Below are positions 23,571 to 35,300 of a stretch of 64,000 nt of DNA, piece after piece. This DNA is from Octopus sinensis (lineage: Eukaryota). How positions within the stretch are numbered: the first letter of the stretch is position 1; each line of letters starts with the position of its first letter. The stretch lies in NCBI RefSeq assembly GCF_006345805.1, contig NC_042997.1:69192001-69256000 (forward strand), given 5' to 3'. The notes under the pieces were generated by a model that was not told the DNA's origin, did not search any database, and saw only the letters and a list, made by a program, of their open reading frames with translations. The position numbers and the translations under genes are program-made.

Positions 23571-24110
23571 AGTTTACGGAAGTATCAGAGATGGCAGAGG
23601 TGAATTCGATAGAAGAGTGGAAGTTAGAAACGAAAGAGATGGAATTGGACAGCTGTCCGCGGGAAGGGAGGTGATGCCTATACAGTCGTCTATATGGCGA
23701 CCGTATAACTCTGGGGTTAGTGCGGAGAACTGTGAGAAGATTTGCGCCTCAATGTAACCAACAATTAAGTTGGCAAAACTGGGGCCCATTCTCGTTCCTA
23801 TAGTGACGCTAGAAAATGCTGGTAAATCTCTCCTGCGAACGTATAGCAGTTGAGTGTGACGACGGGTTCTGTTAGGCGGAGAAGTGTGGAGGTGCTGCGT
23901 GTGGGGTCGGGGCGACGGTTGGGGAAGTATTCGAGTGCTAAGAGGCCGTCGTTGTGGTGGATCACAAGGTACAAGGATTTTATGTCCAAAGTAGGATGGA
24001 GGCGCGAAAGGCTGGGAGGGAAGGAGACGGAATTGAAGAGGTGAAGGGCGTCGTTGGTGTCATGTACATGAGACGGGAGGGCAACGATTAAGGGGGAGAG
24101 GATGAAGTCA
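23120..24110 (-). mobile_element. Second PLE family, RT fragment (GC-rich, degraded)
   Basis: LPSHVHDTNDAL...LDIKSLY.VI.HNDGL.AL...GTRMGPSFANL.VGYIE...YGRHIDDCIG...F.RHGYP. Interrupted by a (TC)n expansion; flanked by (AT)n. Confidence 0.85.
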
Positions 24111-24212
24111 GTATATATATATATATATAGGGAGAGAGAGAGAAATACATATATATATATATATATATATATAATATACATGTGAGTATAATGTATATAT
24201 ATATATATATAT

Positions 24213-24443
24213 AAAATCCGCGACCTGTTCACTGACAAAAATCCGCACGGATTTTGTTAGTGAACAGGTCGCGGATTTTAGCGACGAAAATATTTTGACA
24301 AATTAAACTTAAATGTTGAAGTGAATCGAACGGCTTTTGTGTGTTTCTTAAATGGCTTACAAACACCTTCCACGCTGCAATTGTTTTCGTTTCAGTACAC
24401 GATCTCAGATCAAATCACTTGCTATGCGAGTACATCCCCGTAA
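24213..24443 (+). mobile_element. Short (AT)n-embedded repeat (probable PLE terminal repeat) with a ~31-bp terminal foldback
   Basis: AAAATCCGCGACCTGTTCACTGACAAAAATCC / GGATTTTGTTAGTGAACAGGTCGCGGATTTT (24213-24279). Contains an HHR motif and is bounded by AT microsatellites. Confidence 0.6.
24254..24301 (+). ncRNA. Minimal hammerhead motif with G3-C8 core variant
   Basis: UUGUUA-GUGAACA-G-GUCGC(GGAUUUUA)GCGAC-GAAA-A(UA)U-UU|UGACAA. It has a 6-bp stem I, a 5-bp stem II and a palindromic AAAAUAUUUU stem III. Confidence 0.65.
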
Positions 24444-24447
24444 TATA

Positions 24448-24541
<94 letters not shown>

Positions 24542-24935
24542 TAGTATATATATATATAGTATGTATATATATATATATATATATGTATGTATATATATAT
24601 ATATATGTATATATATGTGTGTGTGTGTGCGCGCGCGCGCGTACGCGTCAAGCTATCTGCGTGTACGCGTTTTTACATGTGGGTCTGTCCTCGCGTGCGT
24701 GTGTTTTTCTATGTATGTACGTGCGCGTTTATGTTATACTTTGTGTTTTTTATTTATTTATTTCTTGCTTGTAAAACTAAAAATATATGTCCTTCAATAT
24801 TAATTAATTAAATGCTCAACTACATGCATGCGTGCATGTATACATACATTTTACATTCATATAAACATACAAACGCACGTGTTTGAATGTGTATATATCT
24901 TATGCTCTCATATGTGTGTGTGTGTGTGTGTGTGT

Positions 24936-25320
24936 GTATCGTGGCACTTCGTCGGTTATGATGACAAGGGTTCCAGTTGATAAGATCAACGGAACAGCTA
25001 GCTCGTGAAATTAACGTGCAAGTGGCTGAGCACTCCACAGACACGTGTACCGTTAACATAGTTCTCGGAGAGCTTCAGCGTGACACAGAGTGTGACAAGG
25101 AAAGCCCTTTGAAATACATGTACAACAGAAACAGTAAGAGAGAGTGAAAGAATATTTTAGTGAAAGAGTACAGCAGGGTTTTCCACCGCCCTCTGCCGGA
25201 ACTCATGGAACTTTAGGTGTTTTCGCTCAATAAGCACTAAGAACGCCGATATGGGAATCGAAACCACGATCCTACGACCGCGATGCCCGCTGGGCTAACC
25301 ACTGGGCCATTGCGCCTCCA
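24936..25320 (-). mobile_element. SINE family C copy (tRNA head GGAGGCGCAATGGCCCAGTGGTTAG...GGTTTCGATTCCC)
   Basis: A-box and B-box visible. Homologous copies at about 37752-38112(+), 49990-50285(+) and 59866-60170(+); a diverged relative at 59438-59720(+). Confidence 0.85.
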
Positions 25321-25353
25321 CGTACACACGCATGTATATATATATATATATAA

Positions 25354-25385
<32 letters not shown>

Positions 25386-25389
25386 CTGT

Positions 25390-25437
<48 letters not shown>

Positions 25438-26227
25438 ATGTATGTATGTATGTATGTATGCATGTATATGTATGTGTGTGTATGCGTGCGTGCATGTGTG
25501 TATGCGCGCGTGCGTATTTCCGTAACTTGTTATTCTAAATTATTGATTTGCAGTTATTGCTCTGATTATATTAGTTATAAAATTTTTGTTCGTAATTTCA
25601 AGTGTAAATATGATTTGTTACGCGCAGAATACATTTCGTGTACTAGCATTCTCTTCTGTTTCTTTTTTCTTAGTATTCATATATTCATTTTTTTTTTTTT
25701 TATTTTAGTCGTAGTTCAAGTTTGTTCGAGTAAATTATCAAAGGTGTTCCGAGCAAAAACCAATCCCTTTATAATAGTTTACAAACTTAAATGCATTTGC
25801 ATAAAAAAAAAATGCCGCTTTCTTTCGTATTCAAAACGAAAGCGTGGTCATTTAGAAGCATCTTCCTGCTATTTCTACCATTTCAAGATATTTTACTGTC
25901 ATATTCTCAAACCATTCGATTAAGGCCTCCGCGCTGGCCCGTGGCCTTGGTACCGTTGCCTGTTTGTATGGTGTGTGTGTGTGTGTGTGTGGTGTGTGTG
26001 TGTGTGTATGCGTGTGCGTGTGTGCGTGCGTGTACACGCGTGTGTGCGCGCGCGCGCATGTATGCGTGCGTATGTGTGCGTTATGGGAGTGTCAACACAT
26101 GTACCTGTTGTCATGTTGTTAGTGCCGTTGTTGAGACGGTGTTATAGTGTTGGCCAGTGATAGAAGTACCTGTTGTAGTACGCCTTCCTTTGTTGTTTGT
26201 TCTTGTAGCTGTTGCTATTGTAACTCC

Positions 26228-26249
26228 CGTGTTGTTGGTTGCATAGCTA

Positions 26250-26285
<36 letters not shown>

Positions 26286-26408
26286 GTGATGACGATGATA
26301 ATTCTGGTGGTAGCGATGGTGGGGACTATGGATGTTATCCAACTTATAGCGATAATTTGAAAAGATTTGATGCTTTTAGTGCAGTTTTGCGGTAGTAGTA
26401 GTAGTAGT

Positions 26409-26466
<58 letters not shown>

Positions 26467-26559
26467 CGCGGTGGTGGTGGTGGTGGTGGTGGTGGTGGTG
26501 GTGGCGGCGGTGGTGGTGGTGGTGGTGGGTTTGGAGGAGGAGGAGGAGGAGGAGGTTGC

Positions 26560-26590
<31 letters not shown>

Positions 26591-26977
26591 TTGGTTGTGG
26601 TTGTGGTGGTGCTGGTCTTTACGGAAATGGCAAGGGGATAGCGTGGTTGTTGTCCTATTAATAAAGGTGATGATGTTGGCGAGGTTAGTAGAGGCAGTAA
26701 GGATCGTCAGTAGTTGTAGTACTAATTCTAGTAGTAGTAGCAGCAGCAGCAGCAGCTAGTGTTAGCAACAGTTATAATGATAGGTGTAACTGAAGTGGTG
26801 TAGTGGTTGTAATTGACGAGGACGACGACGACGATGATGATGATGATGGGAGGGTACTAAGTCCTGTCTGTAGCACTCTATAGTAATAGTTGCGGCAGTG
26901 ATACGCACAGTGGTCCTGGTGGTGGTGGTGGCGATGGTGGAAGTGATTATGGGATGTAGAGGACGACGTCGGTAGTG

Positions 26978-27052
<75 letters not shown>

Positions 27053-27162
27053 ATTTGTGGTAGTGGTTGTTGATGTAGGGTTACAGTGGTAGTGAGGGTG
27101 TTGATCGTATGAATGATAATGAGTGTGAGTGAGATGGCGGTGAGAGAGAGGAAACAATAATA

Positions 27163-27195
<33 letters not shown>

Positions 27196-27240
27196 GAAGG
27201 AAGGAAGGAAGGAAGGAAGGAAGGAAGGAAGGAAGAGAGA
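26228..27240. repeat. Compound simple-repeat field upstream of pappalysin: (GAT)n, (TAG)n, (GGT)n, (GGA)n, (GAAA)n/(GGAA)n
   Basis: Directly visible. Confidence 0.95.
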
Positions 27241-28289
27241 AAGAGAGAATTAAAGGAAGAAGCAAGCGCACGTAAAAAAAAAGAATTACAATACAATACA
27301 GGCGGAGGGAAGACGAGAGAAAAATAATACAAAAACAAAACAAAAGACCGACAGAGAAAAATAAAATAAAATAAAATAAGGAGAAATATATTATACGAAG
27401 AAAGAAGGAGAAAGAAGATGAAAAAAAGAAAGGAAAACTGAAAAGAAAAGAAGAAAAGGAAGCATATGTTCCGTGGTGAGAAGAAGGCTGACTTTTCATG
27501 ACACTCGGAGACTCGAGCGTGTAAACTACCTTTAGAATGTGCAGAGTGGGAAACCAGCACTGCTCTGTCCGGAATAATGGGTCGACAGCAACTAAACCGG
27601 CGGTAATAATGGTCTCTCTGCTCCAACAGCAACAGCATAGGCGACGACGGAATACCCACCCCAACTGCCGCCGATACAACAATATTCACCACCGATACCA
27701 TCGACGGCGGCGGCGGCGTCGACGACGACGAAGACGATGGCGACGCACACGGCCAAGACGCTATCGCCACCACCATCATCACCACAATCATTATTACCAT
27801 CATCACCACCACCACTGCAACCATCGCTTTCATCGCCACTACTACAACTACCACCAAGTTCACCGCCCCCTGTGCCGCCACCGCCGCTACCATCGGCGCC
27901 AACATAGGAACGACCACCGACATCACCATAGTCATTACCGATATCAATACAATCATCACCGCTGTCATCACGACTTCCACAGTCTCCATCACCACCACCA
28001 TCACCAGCAGCAACAAGAGCAACAAAAACAACAACAACAACAAGCAAAACAATATTTTCATCGTAGCCACCACCACCACTGTCACTGCCACTACCATAAA
28101 CACAGCCGAAAATACAATAACCACAACGACAACCACAAACACAATCACCATTACAACCTCAATCACAAGCAGGAGCAAAATCAACAACAACAACAACTGC
28201 AATCAAAATATTACCGTCATCAAAGACACTACCACAAACAGTACCAGCGTCAGCATCACCACCACCACCACCACCACCCTACTACAGCG

Positions 28290-31200
28290 ATGTGTTTCTT
28301 GGCAATAGTAGCTGTGGTGGCGGTGACGACGTCAGCGGCCGTCATCAGAGTACCTGTTCTACCGACGTCAACTTTACTACACTCTACTACTACTACTACT
28401 ACTACTACTATACCAACGACAACAAAAACTGCTAGTGCTACTACTGCAACCAATACTACCACTAATAATACTAATACCTATACTTCTATTACAACTTCTT
28501 CACCTACTATCGCTACCAGTGCGACTACTACAACTATTATTACTATTGATGCTGTTGTTGTCGTTGATGCTACAGGTGTTGAAAAGAAAACTGCTACAAA
28601 AACAACAGCTACTACTACTACTACTACTACTATCATCTCCACCACCACCACTACTGCAGCTACTACCAATACTAAAAAAAATACTACAACTTTTACTACT
28701 GAAAAGTCTACTGTTACCCCTACAGGAACTGGTAACATTATTATTACTACTGTTACATGTAATTCTAGTGAGACAATATCGTTTGCTGGCATTAATTTAC
28801 CGAAAAAAGCGGGTCTCACCTGTACTTCTACACCGTTAACTGGCGCGACATGTCCCACTACCGATCATATTAGCGCTACTGTTGCTGCTGTCGCTACCAC
28901 CACCACCTCTACCACTACCACCACCACCACCATCACCACCACCACCACCACCGCCACTACCACAACCACCACTACCACCACCACCACCACTACTACTACT
29001 ACTGGTTCAGCCAATGGAATGAATGATGATGATGATGGGAATAAGATTACCAATTCTCATGCTAACGTTTCTAATATTACTGTTATCTTTCTCAAAGCAA
29101 CTTCTATCAAATGGAATTGGAATTATATTGTTAAAAGTTCTTTCATGTATAACTACAATGTTACAAAGAGGGATACATGTTTTAAGCTGTCAAATTTCTT
29201 TAATGAATTTATTGACAGGAAAGAAATCAAAGAGAGTGGAAAGTTTGTTGAGTTCAAAATGTGTTCCGATTACTGTCGTATGATGGAGGAAATATTGTCA
29301 AAAAATGCAGTTCGGACAAGAAATTCTTACCTGGCGTCCACAAAAATGTCGATTCGCAAGATACCAGATTCGGTATTGATGGAAGATTGGAAAATGAAAC
29401 GAGAATCACAGTCAGATGGAGATGGATTCCTTGATAACGAGAGATATACAACAAAAACTCACTGGAGGGGCATTAAGAATTTACTCGAAATATATAAGAT
29501 AACTGGATTAAAAAACTCAGAATCATCTCAATCGTATAAGTGGAAAACTGTCGACTGCTGGGGGCGAATACTTGAAACGAAACATATAGCATTAGTAGAT
29601 CGCTCAGAAAGTCATCATGGAAACACAATAATCGTCAAAAAACTATTGCATGGATGGACCAATGATATAACTTGTAACACGACACGAACATTCAATGAGT
29701 CGAAAAATATTACTTTTCCGTTATTGCAACAATGTTTAAAAAGATGGCCGACCCAAAAGCAATTAAAAAGAATGCGTGGATTACATTACATAGAATGTCA
29801 AGATGTAGTTGATGACCATGTGTTGTTTATAAAATACCACAAAGTATCCTCGAAGAAATATTTTGTTACAAAAATTACTCCTTTAAGAAATCCTAGTTAT
29901 GGACATTGGATTAATTGTAAAGACAAAGTTAAAATAATCCAATTACTTAAGATAGACCGATCCATTGTTTCTTCACATGACAATCAGAAGAAATTAAGAA
30001 ATGAGGGGAAATTGGAACACGAAAGTACTTCACATACACTGTCTGCATCAAATTCTGATGATAAAAATAATAAGCAATCACAAGCATTTAATAAAAAGTA
30101 CCCTCACTGGAATAAGACAAATGCCATCAGAAAAGTGATCAATTTTGGAAATTGTCTTGTGAGAGTCAAAGATTCGAAGGACTATCTTGATGTTGAAACT
30201 AAAATCTTTAGAAATTCAAATAACAAAATTCTGAAAATCTGTTTTCAAGATAGAGGAAGTCATAAAGAAGGATTACTTGTGGAAAGTAACCAGTTTTGGA
30301 CACTATCAAATGGAAATAAAAAGAATCACACTGAAAAATGGAATTATGGAAACTTGGTCCATTCTGTGGCTATTTCTTCAAAGGACGTGAAAGATGGTGG
30401 CACGCGTAATGTTATATGCAACAGCTGTGATAAGAGTAATGCCGGTGATGATGTAAAAGATGTAGAGGAGAGAAATTTTGGAAAATTTAGAGAATCAAGG
30501 GTTCCGAGAAGTGCTACTGAAAGTAAACATAGTCAAAAATATTACGGGATTTCTGAGAGAATGAAATATTTTAGATTTAAAGATATATATTTCACTGACC
30601 AGGTAACTAAACAAAACTATGAAACTACTCACAGAAACAATACTTTCAGAATAAACTCGAGAACAGTATGCAGATTTAATGAAAACGCAACGTTTTACAA
30701 CATCCGCTTGAATAAGAATTTTTCTTCGCGTAATGAAACTGGATTTTACCAGGGTGATGAAAATATTTTTTACAACAAATACGATCACGACATGCATAAG
30801 CATAGACATAAGGATATGAATGACACAAGTACATACTGGATTGATTATGCACAGTACAAGGAAGAAGAACGATATAACAGACTTATGAAATCATTGCATC
30901 TGCAATACCTTCCAGATTATCATTATGAACAGGAAGAACACAAAGGTGACTTTTATAGTGAACAAGACAGCGGGGTTCCAAAATATTTTATCGAAAGACA
31001 ACGACTCCAAGATTCAGAAGGAAACTATCCGCATCATAGGACACCCAAGAAAAAGAACAAACCCTGCGGGAATCACGGCCGATATCCAAAGCGCACAGGA
31101 GGATTGAAAAATCTTATTCATCATCCACAACAATATATAGAACCGATGCACACATCCAGAGGCATACGAGTTCGGTACGCACGAGATGTCAGACAATCGT

Positions 31201-31392
31201 CATCTACAGCTTCACTATTTCCCGGATATGGTTTCGGAAATGCAGCGTACTTTTCTGGAAACAGACAACTTTTGCAACTAAAGTTAAAAAGAAAATATGG
31301 AATGTCAAAATCTATGATTCCAAGGCAACAATTTACCATTGAGTTCTGGATGAAACCCGAAGGAGGGCAACATAATCCTACCGTTATTATTG
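28290..31392 (+). CDS. PAPPA: Pappalysin (PAPP-A-like metzincin), first coding exon: signal peptide, Thr-rich tract, long pro-region, furin site, start of the LamG-like domain
   Basis: C-terminal AAYFSGNRQLLQLK...IPRQQFTIEFWMKPEGGQHNPTVIIG matches, as I recall it, human PAPP-A ALYFSGRGEQLRLR...LPRDAFTLQVWLRAEGGQRSPAVITG. RVRYAR at 31167-31184 precedes it, as RQQR does in human. The exon ends at a phase-1 G|GTGAGT at the equivalent Gly. The start is inferred from the hydrophobic MCFLAIVAVVAVTTSA at ATG 28290 and is less certain than the 3' end. PAPPA versus PAPPA2 orthology is unresolved. Confidence 0.85.
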
Positions 31393-31398
31393 GTGAGT
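31393..31398 (+). other. 5' splice donor of pappalysin intron 1; no exon 2 found in the window
   Basis: ATTATTG|GTGAGT, a consensus donor, with an in-frame TAA immediately after. Confidence 0.88.
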
Positions 31399-31733
31399 AA
31401 AACAACATTGTATATTATTTTAGACTTGCATATGCATATTGTCTCGTAATATATTATATATATATAAAACGTGACGGGATGCGTGTATACACCATTGAAC
31501 AGGCCGAAAAGGGTTGAAATAATTAGTTAATTAGATGAAAAGTATAAAATTACACTTTTTTCCAGTTCTCAAAGCATTTCTTATATTTTTATTCACATAT
31601 ATAAATTTATTGTTGTGAAAACTCTTAACATTTTCGATATATAATAAGTGGTAACTCGTTAAGGGGCGAGCGGACAGCGGGAGAAATCTTCCAATGAATG
31701 ATTCCCGTCAAACAGGTGCATCTGAAACTAAGG

Positions 31734-32067
31734 CAGTGGTTCTCAACCGAGGTCCTTATGGCCCTTGAGCGTCCATATAAGATTTTGGCGGGTTCACTCA
31801 ACAAGATAGTAAACTGGAGATCGACAATAGTATCCCCTGGGAAAATGTTGCTTTAGATGTATGTATTGAAATATATTGTAAGAAACAGTTGTCTTTGAAA
31901 TTTTTCATGACTCAACCTACAGAAGTTGATGTTTGAAAAACAAAGTAGGAATTTTGAAAAAATTTTCTGTAATACTAGTTTTCAAACACCAAATGGTAAT
32001 GGGAATCCACCAGTATAAAATATTAATCAAAGGGGTCAATATACAAATTAACGGTTGAGAGACCCTG
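31734..32067. mobile_element. hAT (Charlie/Buster-like) MITE
   Basis: TIRs CAGTGGTTCTCAACCG / CGGTTGAGAGACCCTG. The 8-bp flanks AACTAAGG / CTCTAAGA share CTAAG (degenerate TSD). Confidence 0.75.
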
Positions 32068-32349
32068 CTCTAAGAGAGCGGGGCCCGCCTAGGTCATGAC
32101 TTCTAAATTTCCTCTTTCTGATTTCAAAAGGTAGTTTCGGTTGATCTTATTTCCCTGAGCTGTATTGTACACCGCTCGGCTTCAAAGAGCACCGTAACAC
32201 TTGCACTGCGGATCTATTTCAGTCTGGGGGGTTTTCTTATACGTACTATATAGGCACTCAAGTATGAGCCCAGAGCATGTTATAACGGAAACAACTGTAA
32301 GCTAATGAAGTTCATTAGATGATCTTTTTTTACCTTTGCTATCTCTTTT

Positions 32350-32353
32350 TCTA

Positions 32354-32409
<56 letters not shown>

Positions 32410-32410
32410 G

Positions 32411-32475
<65 letters not shown>

Positions 32476-32542
32476 GTACATACATACATGTATATTATAA
32501 ATATATATGCATATTATATTTATATATATTCGTAATATATAT

Positions 32543-32593
<51 letters not shown>

Positions 32594-32911
32594 TTGCGTG
32601 TATATCTATATGAGCGTATATGCATGTGTGTACGAATGCATGCATCTATGTATACATGTGTATGTTTATATACATATGTGTGTATGTATGTGTGTGTGTG
32701 TGCGCGCGCGCGTGTGTATATATATATGTTTGGGCACGCACGTGCAGAGGTTGTTGTGTAGTTGTTCATATAAGTGAGCATGATTAGGAAATGATTGTAG
32801 ACACGTTGTTCCGTGTAGTTTTGTTTGTATCGTATTTACATTGTATACAAATTTTTATATGCATAAGTTAGTTTATTGTATTTTAGTATTTACATAATTA
32901 TATATGGAATA

Positions 32912-32949
<38 letters not shown>

Positions 32950-32950
32950 C

Positions 32951-33028
<78 letters not shown>

Positions 33029-33077
33029 GTCTCTCTCTCTATCTATCTATCTATCTATCTAACTATCTATCTATCTA

Positions 33078-33110
<33 letters not shown>

Positions 33111-33152
33111 CTATGCATACCTATATACGTAAGTATGTATACATACATATCC

Positions 33153-33197
<45 letters not shown>

Positions 33198-33473
33198 TAT
33201 ACATGCATATATTTATAAGACTGTATTCATGGAAATATACGTAAATATATACATCTACACACACGCTCACACATGCATGCATTACTTAAACATTTGTAAG
33301 ATATCTCATTATGATGAGGCATCTTTAAATGCAAGAAACAGTGAACGGATCAAGCTCTTTTATTATAAACAAATTAAAATATGATGTATAAAATGTCTCA
33401 TTGTTATGAGACAACCTGTATACTATAAGTGCGCTTGTGTGAGTGTGTGCATTATAATATGTATATGCGTATG

Positions 33474-33512
<39 letters not shown>

Positions 33513-33524
33513 ACATATATATAT

Positions 33525-33583
<59 letters not shown>

Positions 33584-33956
33584 TATAATATATAAATCCT
33601 TAAATCCTTAAAAATGTTTTAGCCCGAAGGCCGCGCCCATGCTGGGGCACCACCGCGGAATGAGCTACACTAGTTTGTGAATCCACCTCTGATACGTAGC
33701 ACTTGATCAACAAGGGATTCGATGCTGGCTGCCCGCATCCGTGTCTCCTGTCGGGAGGTAGGTTCATCTGGGACTCCCAACAAGAAGAGATCCAGTTTAG
33801 TTTTAAAGAAACCCACATCCACACCATGTAAGTCTCTCAGGCATTTAGGGAGATGTTAAGGCTGTGGTCCTCGAAACCCAAGCTGTTGCAGTATCTGGAC
33901 CTGTATTTTGATGGTGATGTTGGATATATATATATACATCCATATACACACACATG

Positions 33957-34003
<47 letters not shown>

Positions 34004-34403
34004 CCATGTATATACACACACAAACACTCACAACATATTTATAGATAAAGGTGACTGTCTGGGGATGAATCTCGCTTCTCATCCATGTGGTCTTCCGTTC
34101 AGTCCCACTGCGCAGCAGCTTCTACTGTGGCACCCGGACCGACGTAAGACTTGTGAATGGAATTGTTTGACGAAAGCTGAAAGAAGCCCGCCATATGTGT
34201 GTGTGTGTGTGTGTTTAAATATGTGGAAGTATCTGTCGTGTTTCTGTCTCCCGTAACTTAGTGACCCATTGAGTAAGTACCTGACCCTAAAAAATTTACT
34301 GGGGCAAATTTGTTCCAGTAAGACTTTCAGTGCTCTGCCCCGGCGTATCAGCTGTTACACGGCTTACATCAAAGATAAAATATGTATGTATGCATGCATG
34401 GTA

Positions 34404-34454
<51 letters not shown>

Positions 34455-34625
34455 GGTATATATATATATATAATATATACGTATGCATACACCATATATA
34501 AATATATACCCACATATATAAATATATATATACACACACATACACACACACAGACACATATATATATATACAAATACATATATAAGTATATCTTTATTTT
34601 ATGTGTGTATATACATATATGCATG

Positions 34626-34681
<56 letters not shown>

Positions 34682-35082
34682 CACATATACATGCTATATA
34701 TATATACATATACGTATATATATGTGTGTATGGACCTCGCCCAAACATGCACGCATGCAGTTTATATGCGCATACACACAAAAGCAGACATTCTTAAATG
34801 CGTGCACGTGTGTGTGTGCATGTATGTTTTAGAGTGGTGTGTATATGAAGAACAGTTGTTCGGCGGGTCTGTAATGCCGGGTGTAAGGGGTGAATCCTCT
34901 CATACACAAACGAAACTGAAATAAATAGGCGTACTAATCAATAGCAGACTACAAGAAGCCTTGCATCATTTTTAAAATCGACCAACACATTCTGTCTCAC
35001 CCTTCCTCCCGCTCACTTCGCTCATCTTTCTCTTTTTCCTCTTTTTTCCTGTATGCGTGTATGTGTGTGTGTGTGTGTGTAT

Positions 35083-35130
<48 letters not shown>

Positions 35131-35300
35131 AACTATATACACATGCGCGCGCGTCTAGTGTTTGTGTTTGTGTTTTGTGTGTGTGTGTGTGTGTGTATGT
35201 GTGTATGTGCGTGTGTGTGCATGCGTGTGTGTACAAATATATACACATGCGCGCGCGTCTAGTGTTTGTGTTTGTGTGTATGTGTGTATGTGTTGTGTGG
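32350..35300. repeat. Dense (AT)n, (ATAG)n, (CTAT)n and (GT)n microsatellite field; representative of dozens of similar tracts across the window
   Basis: Directly visible. These tracts generate most IY/CV/HT/YLSI pseudo-ORFs in the ORF track. Confidence 0.97.
33593..33923 (-). mobile_element. 3' end of a second CR1-group LINE with TTTAAGGA-repeat tail
   Basis: Frameshifted RYCNSLGF.GP...LRDLHGVDVGFFKTKLDLFLLGVPDEPTSRQETRMRAASIESLVDQ, then a short 3' UTR and TTTTAAGGATTTAAGGATTTA. Confidence 0.7.

Noticed and set aside
26762-28858. Long minus-strand ORFs (306, 373, 151 and 126 aa) antisense to the pappalysin 5' region
   Set aside because: Poly-V/L/Y/F products of trinucleotide repeats read antisense, with no domain motifs.
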